Virus record (IMG/VR): IMGVR_UViG_3300040807_003058
Source of the DNA: an uncultured virus (IMG/VR IMGVR_UViG_3300040807_003058)
Lineage: Duplodnaviria > Heunggongvirae > Uroviricota > Caudoviricetes
DNA: 64,000 bases
Reading direction: 5' to 3' (one strand)
Positions within the stretch are counted from its first letter, which is position 1, and each line of letters opens with the position of its first letter. A program made the position numbers and the translations under genes. Positions 38,463 to 49,200 of this stretch are shown in pieces. Under the pieces are notes generated by a model, which saw nothing but the letters and a program-made list of their open reading frames with translations, was not told the origin of the DNA and did not search any database.

Positions 38463-39450
38463 CCTCCTCGGTTGTCATGATGTCCGGCGAGAAGAGCTCC
38501 GCCCCTCGCTGTGACTTGTGTCCGGTTTCGACGTGGTGCATGTCGGCCGCCATGTTCAGCGCCCATTGCCTGACGGTAGCTACGTCAGTCTTCTCGTCGT
38601 GCCACTTGTTCGTAGCTGAGAGTACTTCCTCCCACTCGGCGTGTGGTGCCTCTCCAGCCCGTGCCCGTCGGATGGTGTCCGCCGTCCACAGGGCCCGGTA
38701 GAGGTGCCACGTCAGGTTGTCGACTGGCTCTCGGGCCGGCAGCTCTGGCCGTGTGAATGAGAACTCGGCACTCCACTGGTCTCCGCGACTGTCGTGATAG
38801 ACATCCCACGGGTCGGGTGCGACGTACACGTCGTAGTTCACGTCGACTCGTGGGTGGTAGATGCCCATGCGGAAGGACTCGCCCATGTGGGCGTGGTAGT
38901 GCATGGCCTTCGCCTGGCGGGGATTACACGCAGCGTACGCCGCATGCCCGAAGGCGATGACAAGCACCGGGTCGACGAACATCAGCTCCGCCTGCCACCT
39001 GGGGGTACAGGGAGTTAGTACGGTCTTCGTCGGCTTCAACATCTTCCGGTAGTCGTTGAAGTTGACGTTCCGGCATCCCAGTGCCGACGTGACGAACATG
39101 TCCTCGAGCTCGTAGGGTGTTCTCCCCTCGAGCCGTTCCAGGCACCTCCGTAGGGTCTTCATGTTCTGCGAACCCAGGGGCTCGCCGGGGTCGTTACCGG
39201 AGTAGTTGCCGTACCGCTCCTGCCGAGGGTCGGGCCCCGACAGCATCAGTACGACGTCCCTGTGCCAAGGTACCGGTGCGAGGTCATCATCGAACGCAGC
39301 GGGGGAACACCCCATTGGGACCAGACCCGGAAACTTCTCCTCCGAGGCCTTCTCCGAACAGCGGATATCCGCCAGCTTACAGCGCATGCAGTTCATCCAG
39401 GCTCCGCAGTGGGTGTCCCACGCGGCCTGGCGAATGGCTTCGTCTCCCAT
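38449..39450 (-). CDS. family-4 uracil-DNA glycosylase-like protein (degenerate catalytic motifs)
   Basis: CMRCKL...R, FVTSALGCR, KPT....PC, VDPVLVIAFGHAA; start at 39450 via TAATG overlap. Confidence 0.7.
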   Translation of the reverse strand: MGDEAIRQAAWDTHCGAWMNCMRCKLADIRCSEKASEEKFPGLVPMGCSPAAFDDDLAPVPWHRDVVLMLSGPDPRQERYGNYSGNDPGEPLGSQNMKTLRRCLERLEGRTPYELEDMFVTSALGCRNVNFNDYRKMLKPTKTVLTPCTPRWQAELMFVDPVLVIAFGHAAYAACNPRQAKAMHYHAHMGESFRMGIYHPRVDVNYDVYVAPDPWDVYHDSRGDQWSAEFSFTRPELPAREPVDNLTWHLYRALWTADTIRRARAGEAPHAEWEEVLSATNKWHDEKTDVATVRQWALNMAADMHHVETGHKSQRGAELFSPDIMTTEEDEDE

Positions 39451-41021
39451 TACCGGAACCTCGGCTTCCTGTTGGTGGGTGCCCCTTGGCCCGGAGGCTT
39501 CCTCTGCCGGGCCGCTGTGTCCGTGGCTACCACCGGCTGCTTGATGGTGTAGCCCCGGTCTTTGCAGATCTTCTGGATACCCCGGCACAGCTTCGCCCCG
39601 TACGCACTGGCGGGGTAGAGGATGTGATACTCCGGGGTGGCCTTTCCTGCTAGCGCTCGCAGTGCCCGGCCGGCGCCCTGCTGCACCGCCTTTGTGTTGG
39701 TGGAGCCCGACGGGACGGGGTACACCACCGTGTCGAGGTCTTGTCGGTCCAGCGCCTGCTCGCCGATCTTCCGAGCCACAAAGACGATGTCGTGTCCCTC
39801 CAGAATCTCCGGCCGGCGATGGGCGGGGGTCGACGCTTTGATGATGCCGATATCGCCCAACTCGTCCTTCGCCAACGCCATGATCCGGTTGCGGGGGGTA
39901 ATGACCATGACCTTTCGGCCCCGTCTCCGCAAGTCTTTCAACAGGTCGATCAGAGTCGCGGCGAAAACGGGGTCCGGCTTCATGTTCGGGCCTCCAAGGC
40001 ATCCCGTGCACATCTTGCCGTAGTCCTTAGATTTCGAGGACTTACGCACCCCCTCTACTCTGTGGAAGAACACGTCTGGGTACAGGTCTGGCTCTACGTC
40101 CTCGTAGAGGACAGGCCCGATGTGCGCCAGGTAGACCCGCTCTGCGCCGTTCTCGTGGGGGGTGGCGGTGAGACCGAATCGGTAGGCGTTGAACAGCGGG
40201 ATGGTCCACGTGGCGTTGAGCTTCGTCCAGTACACGTGGAGCTCGTCCCAGAACACGGTGCCGAAGTAGTTCAGGCACTCCTGCGAGACATGCCCTTTCT
40301 GTACCCGGGATGTGAACGACTGGTACATGGCGATGGTGATCGGCGCCCCCTCCCACGTCCACGTTTCGGGAGGACCCTGGATACGTCCGATGTCCTCCCG
40401 AGGGATGTCGTAGAACTGGGACGCCCGGTTGACCCACTGCTCGTATAGACCTCCGTTGTCTACGAACACCAGGATGGGTACCCCCAGTGCCCGCCCCAGC
40501 TCCAGCGCCAACACGGTCTTGCCGCGCCCGGGGCCGAGGACAATGACGCCGCGCTCCTCGTACAGGGCTTCACGGAAGGCCGCGGATTGCGATCCCTCCC
40601 GCATCTTGATCTTGGGGATGCTGGCCAGCACGGGGTGTTGGGGCCGGCGCGGCATGGTGTCGACCACCTCATACCCAGCCGCCTCCAACACAGACGGGCG
40701 TACGATGTGTCTGGGCAGCACGTACATGCCGTCCCAGGTGCGGGAAGCCATGTCCACCTCGACCTCGACGCTGGAGTTCACGGTTTCCCAGCGGGGCTTG
40801 GTACCCTCCACCAGCTTCCCTGACTCAGCGTCGTAGATTGGAACGGACATGCCGGGGTCGTACTCGGTGTGAGGTACCTGGCTGCCGTCGGGCAGAGTCA
40901 CCACGGTCTCTCTGACAACCATCTCGTAAGAGAACCGCGCCCGGTCCATGATGCTCTGTGGTGGCTCGGTCTCTAGGAGGCACATCGGCCCCAGCCAAGC
41001 CCTTGGGCGTCGGTTGCTCAT
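39450..41021 (-). CDS. superfamily II DNA helicase (UvsW/XPB-like)
   Basis: GPGRGKT, WDELH, GLTATP, QQGAGRALR. Confidence 0.85.
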   Translation of the reverse strand: MSNRRPRAWLGPMCLLETEPPQSIMDRARFSYEMVVRETVVTLPDGSQVPHTEYDPGMSVPIYDAESGKLVEGTKPRWETVNSSVEVEVDMASRTWDGMYVLPRHIVRPSVLEAAGYEVVDTMPRRPQHPVLASIPKIKMREGSQSAAFREALYEERGVIVLGPGRGKTVLALELGRALGVPILVFVDNGGLYEQWVNRASQFYDIPREDIGRIQGPPETWTWEGAPITIAMYQSFTSRVQKGHVSQECLNYFGTVFWDELHVYWTKLNATWTIPLFNAYRFGLTATPHENGAERVYLAHIGPVLYEDVEPDLYPDVFFHRVEGVRKSSKSKDYGKMCTGCLGGPNMKPDPVFAATLIDLLKDLRRRGRKVMVITPRNRIMALAKDELGDIGIIKASTPAHRRPEILEGHDIVFVARKIGEQALDRQDLDTVVYPVPSGSTNTKAVQQGAGRALRALAGKATPEYHILYPASAYGAKLCRGIQKICKDRGYTIKQPVVATDTAARQRKPPGQGAPTNRKPRFR

Positions 41022-41022
41022 A

Positions 41023-41823
41023 TCACTCCTCGATGTGTAGTTCAGGCCCTCGAGCCCACTGGAACAGCAGCTGGAAGATGTTGTGGCCCCCCAGGGTCTT
41101 GTGCCAGAAGTGCTGGCTCATGGACATGAAGGCGCTGGCGAGGCCGATCTGCATGAGCTCGCTGGCGTCTCGGGCAAGCCCCGGCTGCAGGCCCATGCCG
41201 AGGATGCTGCCTTCGTTGCCCGTGAGCGGCAGCAGGTCGTTGCTGGTGGCAGAGATAGAGGGCACTTTCGCCGAAGTGCCAGTAGCTGAGTGCCTGGTCT
41301 GCCCCCAGCGCTGCTGCTGGTCGAGCTGCGCGTCCAACCTCTTCCGAGCGGCCGATACCGCTCCAGGCGGACGCTGTACATCCCTGGAAGCCTGGGCCCG
41401 TGCTCGGTCCCGCAGTCGGGCCGACCGCTCTGCCGCAGAAGCACGCTGGTTCATGGACTCTCGGATTTCCTCGATAGCGACTGCGTCGGGACTCATTGTG
41501 GGCGTGCTCTTCTTGGGCTGGGTGGTGGCAACTGCGGGGACATACTCCTCGAGCGCCTGTCGCATAGCGCTGAGAACCTCTTCCTGGTGGCGATTGGCCT
41601 CAGACTCGAGGCCACGGGACTTGCAGAGCTCTTCGGTTGTGGCGGTGGCTGCCCGAACACTCTCTAGCAGCTCATTGGCTTCTTCCTTCTCCTCGTCGTT
41701 CAGGGGATCTGTCTGTAGGGAGCATACGATTGAGGCTTCCTTCTCAATCAGCATACGGTACTGCCGTAGGAGCTCGAGGTTCTCCTCGGTTCCCAGGGCA
41801 TCTAGGCTATTTCGGAGTATCAT
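41023..41823 (-). CDS. hypothetical protein, first gene of the leftward replication unit
   Basis: 266 aa, GAGGT RBS. Confidence 0.6.
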   Translation of the reverse strand: MILRNSLDALGTEENLELLRQYRMLIEKEASIVCSLQTDPLNDEEKEEANELLESVRAATATTEELCKSRGLESEANRHQEEVLSAMRQALEEYVPAVATTQPKKSTPTMSPDAVAIEEIRESMNQRASAAERSARLRDRARAQASRDVQRPPGAVSAARKRLDAQLDQQQRWGQTRHSATGTSAKVPSISATSNDLLPLTGNEGSILGMGLQPGLARDASELMQIGLASAFMSMSQHFWHKTLGGHNIFQLLFQWARGPELHIEE

Positions 41824-41933
41824 ACCTCTCTGGGTTATGGGGGCCGCATCTTCTTATGTCCAATCTTGACCTACGAAGGTGCCGTACCATACGGTTCTCA
41901 CGGCACTTGCATCAGCGACGAAGCGGAGCAGAG

Positions 41934-43136
41934 ATGGCAACTTTCGGTAATTTCGTGCTCGCAGTATCTCGAGCGGGCATTGACGGCGTCTTCCCCGGCG
42001 CAGAGAAGACCTCATCTGTTCTGGGGCAGTTGCCCGACTCGGAGTTCGGGCTGGTAGTCCGTGACGGTAGCCAGCGACTGGCCGTGCTGCCCATCCACGA
42101 CGAAGACTCTGTGGCGATGAGCGCCGCGCATGTCATCGCCGGAGATGACGTCCTGTCCCCGGGACTGCGGAAGATGGCGTCCCTGCGCATCATCAGCCGG
42201 ATGCAGGAGATGGGCGAAGAGGCCCCGAGGGAACTACAGCTCATCGCTTCGTCGTCCGCCGAAGTACCGCGCATCACCGAATGGGCGGCTATGGTCGATT
42301 CCGAGGAGCCCGTGGAGAAGACCTCCTCGGCCCCGGACCTTCCGCAGCTGTTCGAGGTGGAAGTCCCGTTCGTAGGGGGCGAGGACTTCACGATGCGTAC
42401 GATGTCTGACCTGCGGGATGCTGAGGCGTATATCAACACCTGGCACGACAAGATGAGCTCCACGGACCTCCGCTCGTTCCGCAAGGCCATCTCGGAAGCG
42501 TACTCGCAGATGGACATCCCGGAAGACCGCTCGGCGATGAACTCCTTCGCCCGGGAGAAGAGCTCGATGTACCTCGGCACGGACCCGAGGGCCAACGCAG
42601 AGGCCCACATCCAGGCGCGTATCGACGCAGTGCCCGCCCCGAAGGCCTCCTCGGCTCTTCGAGGCATCGTCGATGACATGGCCGCGGAGTTCCGAAACGC
42701 CTACGACTGCGATGACCTCCAGCAGCGCACAGAGCGCCTCGAGAAGCTGGCTGCCGACCTCGACACCTTCGACAGGACCCTGGGACTGGATGACATGCTT
42801 CCGGGCGTCCTGTCCGTGTTCTACGCGCCCGGAGAGGGCGACTTCCTCAAGCGTAGCGCTGGTGCAGATCCAGCGAAGATGAAGGAAGACCCGAAGCACG
42901 AGTTCGGGCACATCATCATCCGAGAGTCGGACATCAAGCACCTCGCCAGCCGCGGCGTAGCCAGTCGTCTGGAGCAGGTACTGCCGGAGGAGGTGGTGGA
43001 CGCGCTGGTGGATGACCCACTGACGATCTTCAAGTCCCTGCCCCTGCCGCAGAAGAAGGTGGTCGCAGAATTCGTGCACGAATTCGTGACGGTACGACGC
43101 CCGCTGGAGGATGTGGAAGAGTCGCTGTACACTTGA
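41934..43136 (+). CDS. putative head/virion protein rich in K-x-S/A motifs
   Basis: ATG at 41934 with GGAG RBS; EKTSS x2, KMAS, KMSS, EKSS, KASS, EKLAA, KRSA. Confidence 0.65.
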   Translation: MATFGNFVLAVSRAGIDGVFPGAEKTSSVLGQLPDSEFGLVVRDGSQRLAVLPIHDEDSVAMSAAHVIAGDDVLSPGLRKMASLRIISRMQEMGEEAPRELQLIASSSAEVPRITEWAAMVDSEEPVEKTSSAPDLPQLFEVEVPFVGGEDFTMRTMSDLRDAEAYINTWHDKMSSTDLRSFRKAISEAYSQMDIPEDRSAMNSFAREKSSMYLGTDPRANAEAHIQARIDAVPAPKASSALRGIVDDMAAEFRNAYDCDDLQQRTERLEKLAADLDTFDRTLGLDDMLPGVLSVFYAPGEGDFLKRSAGADPAKMKEDPKHEFGHIIIRESDIKHLASRGVASRLEQVLPEEVVDALVDDPLTIFKSLPLPQKKVVAEFVHEFVTVRRPLEDVEESLYT

Positions 43137-43151
43137 TGAAGGAGGTACGCA

Positions 43152-44078
43152 GTGACTACCACACCAACACAGGTACGGTCTGACGTCTTCGGGGCCGCGG
43201 CGGAAGCCGTAGGTCCTTCGGAGCTACAGGGTTTCGTGCGCATCCTGGCTGACCCCGTCGATGCCATCGATCGGTTTCGGCAGGCGTATGACGAAGAGGA
43301 TCCGGAAACCGGAGTAGCCCCGGCGGCGGAGATCGTTACCGACGCAGAGGCACTCCCGAAGGATGGGCCGGAGTCGTACTCCCTGCCCGCTTGGGAGAAC
43401 AAGCAGCGTATGTGGGGCCGTATGCCCTGCGAAGCCATGTACTACGCGTTGTCGCAGGCCCTCGGGCCGCAGTGGTGGGAAGAGGAGAACGAAGTCATCT
43501 TCGAGACCATCCACCGAGCTGGGTTCCGTCTAGGGCCGCAGGGGTTCACCCGGACCATGGCGCTGAAGGCGCTGATGTCCGCTCCGCAAGGGGAGAGCCT
43601 CTTCCACCGCAACTGGAAGGTCTTCCTGTTCCTCGCTACAGCCCTGTCGGGACGGCCGGGCAAGTGGGGGGACGTAGACCTACCCACCCCGCTCGAGGTG
43701 TACCTGGCAATGAAGGTCGCCGCCGAGTTCCGGCCCGAGGCGTACTCCGACGAGGTCCTATCGGCCATCGCCGCATCCTGCCTCGAGGACGGTCTGTGGG
43801 TGTACCCCGGCGTAATGGGAATGGCACAGGCGCACGCCCTGGGACAGCTCCGGTACTACGACATCCCTGTTACGGTGGATGACGTGGAGAAAGTACAGGT
43901 GTTGGTGGCAAAGCATCTCTCCGGCGATGACCAGCTACCAGACGAGCCCGAGGGCTACCTCACCGCACAGGCGTTGTTGGTGCTTGACCTCGTCCGTAGT
44001 ATCGAGTTCCTGGACGAGGCGGGCGACTCCGCCGTGCAGGATGTCCACGACGTAATCTCCGGAATGAGCGATGGCTGA
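43152..44078 (+). CDS. hypothetical protein (head module)
   Basis: AAGGAGGT RBS; 308 aa. Confidence 0.65.
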   Translation: MTTTPTQVRSDVFGAAAEAVGPSELQGFVRILADPVDAIDRFRQAYDEEDPETGVAPAAEIVTDAEALPKDGPESYSLPAWENKQRMWGRMPCEAMYYALSQALGPQWWEEENEVIFETIHRAGFRLGPQGFTRTMALKALMSAPQGESLFHRNWKVFLFLATALSGRPGKWGDVDLPTPLEVYLAMKVAAEFRPEAYSDEVLSAIAASCLEDGLWVYPGVMGMAQAHALGQLRYYDIPVTVDDVEKVQVLVAKHLSGDDQLPDEPEGYLTAQALLVLDLVRSIEFLDEAGDSAVQDVHDVISGMSDG

Positions 44079-46215
44079 TCTGCCCCAACCACCAGAGATT
44101 CGTAAGCCGCCGTCCCCGTCTACGCAGAGAGGGCGCAGCGTCGCGGATACTCCGGAAGACGCATACTCACAGTCTTCTGCCTCCCGGGGAGGGGACACGA
44201 GTCTGAAGACTCCGAACCCCTATCTGGATCTGTCGAACCTGACGCTTCCGACGGAACCACAGGAGATCTACGAATACTGCCGGTACCTCGCCGGAGCGTC
44301 CGCCATCCACAAGGCGTACGTCACGCAGATGTCGACCATCCCCGTGACGGACATCCGCATCAAGCCCCGGGTGGAGGTGTCGGAAGATGTTCGAGGCGCG
44401 CAGCAGGAAGCTACTCGAGGCTCGGGAAGCGATTACGTAGAGGACCCGAGGACCCGTCAGTTCGCGAACTTCGTAACGAACAAGCTGCGTCTGCGTAGGT
44501 TCAACCAGCGGGCGAGCCTGTACCTACACACCTACGACGCTGCGGTCATCACGCTGAACTTCCCGTTCACGAAGATGTTCCGCTGCAAGTCCTGCGGTCA
44601 CTCCTTCCCCGGACAAGAGTCGGAGTACTCCCGGGAGACCGGCCAGAGCGTGGGGTTCCGTGCGAAGTGCCCGAGCTGCGGGCATGTCGGCCGGGTCGAG
44701 GTCAGCGACAAGTACGACTACAACGCGCTGGAGGAGATCACGCTGCAGGTGCTCGACACCGAGCAGATCCACTCTCTGCGGAACGACTTCACCGGAAAGG
44801 TGGAGCTCTATTACGAGATCCCGGAAGACATCAAAGACCGGCTGCGGGACTCAGACGTAAACCCGGACTTCCTGTTCTCCTACCCGCAGGAGTACCTCCA
44901 CGCAGCCGTAGGGACTGGCGGAGCGTACTACCACCTCGACGGAGACCGGCCGGTACTACGGCTTATTCCCGGGTCGTATTACCTCCTGACGAGCCCGCAC
45001 ATGCCTGTGGGCTCTAACGGCCTGCCCATCCCGCAGATGCTGGCCACGTTCAAGGACACGTGGCTTCTGCGGAAGCTCATGCGTGCGTCGGAGGCGGTGG
45101 CGAATCAGCACATCGTGCCGCTGGAGATCCTGTTCCCCGATGCGACCGGCACCAAGGGCGGGCTGTTCCAGACGCTAAACGTGTCGAGGTACATGCCGCT
45201 GCTACACGAGCTCGTGTCCAAGCACGCGAAGGACCCCAATATCCGGGGTGTCCTGCCGTTCCCCGTTGGCCGCATGGTTCTCGGTGGAGAGGGTAAGGCC
45301 CTACTGCTCTCGCAGGAGATTCGCGTCCTGGCGGAGAACATCATGGCAGGACTGGGGGCTCCGCTGGAGTTCCTCTTCGGAGGGCTCAGCTACTCCGGCA
45401 GCTCGGTGTCCATCAAGCAGCTGGAGAAGAAGTTCGAGGACCTTCGCATCGAGCTCCGCACGATGAACCAGTGGGTAGTAGACCGAATCACCGAGCGTGC
45501 CGGGTACCCCGGGTATGAGGTCAGCTTTGCCGACCTCCGCATCGGTGATGACCTGCCGTTCCAGCAGATGCTGGGGTCCATGGTGCAGGCCAGCCAGCTC
45601 TCTCTGGAGACTTTGCACGATGAGATGGGCATCAACACCGTCTCCGAGCGTAACCGCATCGACCGAGACATGAAGTTCCAGAACCAGCTCCGTGCCGACC
45701 AGGCCAAGGTCGACATCGAGTCTCAGGAGCGCTCTCAGATCGCGCAGGCTAACGCGGAGGCTACGGCGGCCATCAGCGCAGCTCGCGCCAACCTCGATGC
45801 GCGTGTGGAGGCCGCCCAGCAGATTCGGGATGACTCCGACCTCCTGCAGTCCGTCCTGTCGTCACCAGACCTGGCAGCACAGCTGCTGGGGTCGAACGCC
45901 CCGGAACTGGCTACGGGACAGGGGCCGGAAAACCTGCCGGTCACGCCCAACCCAGAGTCCGTGTACTCCTCGCCGGAGGATACGGCTGCCGCCATCGAGA
46001 CGCAGGCACCTACAGAAGAAACGGTGGCTGACCTGGTAAGGGCCATGGGACGCATTGACCCGACGGACTGGCCACATGCACAGTCTATCCTGGCCGAGCA
46101 GTACGGCAGCGACATCGCGAACGCCGTCAACGCCAGGCTCATGGCCGCAAAGGCCGGCGCGGGGCAAATGCCTACCGAGCAGCCGGGCGTGCGCGACGCC
46201 AGCATCGACTACTAG
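44071..46215 (+). CDS. probable portal protein with zinc-ribbon insertion
   Basis: portal-like GLPIPQML...LRKLMRA, AENIMAGLGAPLEFLFG...YSGSSVS, LSLETLHDEMG; CKSC/CPSC insertion; acidic C-terminal tail. Confidence 0.6.
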   Translation: MADLPQPPEIRKPPSPSTQRGRSVADTPEDAYSQSSASRGGDTSLKTPNPYLDLSNLTLPTEPQEIYEYCRYLAGASAIHKAYVTQMSTIPVTDIRIKPRVEVSEDVRGAQQEATRGSGSDYVEDPRTRQFANFVTNKLRLRRFNQRASLYLHTYDAAVITLNFPFTKMFRCKSCGHSFPGQESEYSRETGQSVGFRAKCPSCGHVGRVEVSDKYDYNALEEITLQVLDTEQIHSLRNDFTGKVELYYEIPEDIKDRLRDSDVNPDFLFSYPQEYLHAAVGTGGAYYHLDGDRPVLRLIPGSYYLLTSPHMPVGSNGLPIPQMLATFKDTWLLRKLMRASEAVANQHIVPLEILFPDATGTKGGLFQTLNVSRYMPLLHELVSKHAKDPNIRGVLPFPVGRMVLGGEGKALLLSQEIRVLAENIMAGLGAPLEFLFGGLSYSGSSVSIKQLEKKFEDLRIELRTMNQWVVDRITERAGYPGYEVSFADLRIGDDLPFQQMLGSMVQASQLSLETLHDEMGINTVSERNRIDRDMKFQNQLRADQAKVDIESQERSQIAQANAEATAAISAARANLDARVEAAQQIRDDSDLLQSVLSSPDLAAQLLGSNAPELATGQGPENLPVTPNPESVYSSPEDTAAAIETQAPTEETVADLVRAMGRIDPTDWPHAQSILAEQYGSDIANAVNARLMAAKAGAGQMPTEQPGVRDASIDY

Positions 46216-46224
46216 GAGTAGGAC

Positions 46225-49200
46225 ATGGCCGACATCAGCCCGCAGGAGAGAGCCCGCCGGGAGCTTATCCGCAACCTCCCCCCTGCGGACGAGATGGCGG
46301 AAGACGTTCTCAACCGTACCGTGGCCGCACTCGAGAAGAACTTCGAGGCACCCATCGGTGACGACAACTACCGGTTGGAGCTCATCGGCGGCCTGGAGCA
46401 CTCCGGCGTACCTGACCCCAAGGACTGGGACGCGCTGTACAAGCACATGACAAAGGGCCGTACGTACGGCGCCAAGGTCTACGGCACCTTCCGCATCACC
46501 GACCAGCGTACGGGGGAGGTCGTCAAGGAAGAGCGTCGCCTGGTATCGGTTGTTCCGACACCGGTACACGACCGATCGTTCATCGTGGGCGGCAAGAAGC
46601 GCTTCCTCATGCACCAGTGGCGTCGTAAGCCGGGTGTGTTCAGTCGCTGGGACGAGAAGGGCGACATCACCAACGAGTACAACCTCGACCCATCGACCTC
46701 AGGGTCCATCCGCAGCTTCAAGGTCGTGTACGACCGCGGAATGGAGGGGCAGGACCCCTCGTTCAAGGTGCACTACAAGAGCTCCAAGTCGGTGGATGCA
46801 TGGGCGCTGGCCAAACTGTTGGGCGCCTCGGACAAGGACCTGCGCAAGGCCGTGGGCAAGGAAGTGGCCGACGGCATCATCTCCTCTATGGATGACGAGA
46901 AGTACGAGAAGAACATCCGCAGCTTCCACCAGAAGGTGTTCGGCAACAAGAAGGACGCGAAGGAGCTTGACCTCAACCTGCTCGAGGCGCAGCTGAAGGA
47001 CGAATTCAACCGCACGTCGGTCGACCCGGACGTCATGAAGATGTCGCTCGGGAAGGCGGAAGACCGCATCACGCAGAGCACGATCGTCAGTGGGTTCGGC
47101 AGGTTGGTAGACATCGCCAACGGCGGTCCGCAGGATGACCGCGAATCGTTGGTCGTGAAGAACATCCTGTCCCCGGCTGACCTCGTCGCAGAGGCCGTGG
47201 GCCGTAAGTCCACGGTGGACAAGTACCGGTCGAAGGTACGCCGGAAGATCATGGGCCTGCAGAGCGACCAGGAGCCCAAGCTGGACCTTCTGCTCGGCAC
47301 AGATCTACGTGGAAACATCACCAAGAGGATCACTACGTCCGACGTCATGCGGTCGGACCACGCTACGACCCCCCTAGATTCGTTTGCGCAGGCAACCTCC
47401 ACCACAATCATGGGTGAGGGCGCCATTGGTAGCGAGCAGGCCATCCCGACGGAGGCCAAGCTGCTGAACAGCGGCAGCTTCGGGTTCCTGGACCCGTCGC
47501 ACACCCCGGAGAGCTCGCGGGCGGGCGTTGTTCTGCACCTTCCCGTGCGGGCGAAGATCGTACAGTCGCAGGATCCCCGCAGGGACAAGGACCTCCCAGT
47601 CAGCAAGGTAGTCAGCGAGTTCGTGCGGCCGAACGGCAAGAAGGTGGACCTCTCCCCGGCAGATGTGTCCGGCAAGGCCATAGGCATGGCTGATCAGTAC
47701 GAGCTGACTTCCTCCGGGAAGATCAAGGCCACGCCCAACGACGCGGGGTTCGTAAAGGCCCTACGGGATGGTGAGGTGGTGCTGGTGAAGCCGAGGGAGG
47801 TCGACTACTGGGTGCAGGATGCCGCCCAGATGTTCGACGTGAACTCCTCGCTGATCCCATTCGCCAATTCCATCCAGGGCGGCCGAGTAGGCTACTCCGA
47901 CAAGCAGACACAGCAGTCTCTCCCGCTGAAGTACCGGGAGACTCCGCTGGTGCAGGTGAAGGCTCCCGGGACAGACTACAGCTACGAGCAGCTGCTGGGA
48001 GAGGAAGCCGGCGCGGTCCACGCCCCCTTTGATGGGGAAGTCGTAGCGATCGACGAGGGCGACAACTCCCGTACGATCAAGGTCCGGAAGAAGGGCGGCA
48101 AGAAGGTCGAGGAGATCAAGCTCCCGAAGAACATCCCGCTGGGTGGGGGCGTCCCTCTCGATGCCAGCCCTACAGTGGCTGTAGGCGATAAGTTCAAGGC
48201 CGGGGACGTACTCGCAGACTCGGTGTACACCAAGGACGGCACGCTCTCGATGGGCGTAAATCTGCGGACGGTGTACCTCCCGCACTACTCCGCGACGTTC
48301 GAAGACTCGATCCTCATGTCGGAAAGTGCTGCACGGAAGATGACCTCCGAGCACATGTACGAGGAGGAACTGGACTCGCAGGCGGTGAAGCCCAGCAAGG
48401 CCAACTACCTGCAGTACTCCCCCACACCCATCTCCAAGGAAGACTCTGCCCTGCTGACGGACGAAGGCGTCATCAAGGTAGGTTCTCGCGTGAAGCCCGG
48501 CCAGCTGCTGCTGGTGGGTACGAAGACGGAGCACGTCGACCAGGAGTCGGCGGCGAAGGCCGCGGCAGAGATCGGCTTCTACCAGAGCAACAACAAGCGG
48601 AAGGTACGGCGCGGCACACGCTTCTACGAGAAGCGGTGGAAGCACGACTCCGAGGGGGTCGTCACCGGAGTGGAGAAGACCAGAAACGGATACAAGATCT
48701 TCGTGAAGACCGAAGAGCCGCTGGAGGTAGGAGACAAGATCTTCGGACGGCACGGCAACAAGGGTGTTGTCGGTACGATCCTGCCGGATGAGATGATGCC
48801 GACGGACACCGACGGTAAGCCGGCGGAGCTCGTGCTGAACCCGCTGGGCGTTCCCGGTCGCATCAACCCCAGCCAGAACTTTGAGACGTTCGTCGGCAAG
48901 GTAGCGGAGAAGCTCGGCCGTCCGGAGATCCTCGACAACTGGAAGAAGGAGTCCAACTGGGACTTCGTGAAGAACAAGCTGCAACAGTACAGCATTCCCG
49001 ATGGGGAGGACTTCACCGACCCGACAACCGGCCGGAAGCTCAAGGGCATTTCCGCCGGCACGCAGTACGTGCTCAAGGCGAAGCAGCAGGTCGAGCACAA
49101 GTCTTCTGCTCGAGGTATCGGTGGGTTCCAGACCTCGGGCCTGGCCTCCAAGGGAGAGGACGGCGCGCAGAGCCTGGGCGAGCTCGGGTTCTACGGCCTA

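Noticed and set aside
39451..40011. N-terminal extension of the UDG-like ORF shown in the track (38449..40011)
   Set aside because: Overlaps the SF2 helicase in another frame; the TAATG coupling at 39450 gives the natural start.
41866..41890. Sigma70 promoter TTGACC...TACCAT in the divergent gap
   Set aside because: Spacer is only 13 nt; not supportable as a canonical promoter.
47761..49098. Long antisense ORFs (445 aa here; similar at 49900..50943, 27685..28635, 20451..21380)
   Set aside because: Shadow ORFs expected opposite GC-rich genes; no motifs or RBS support.
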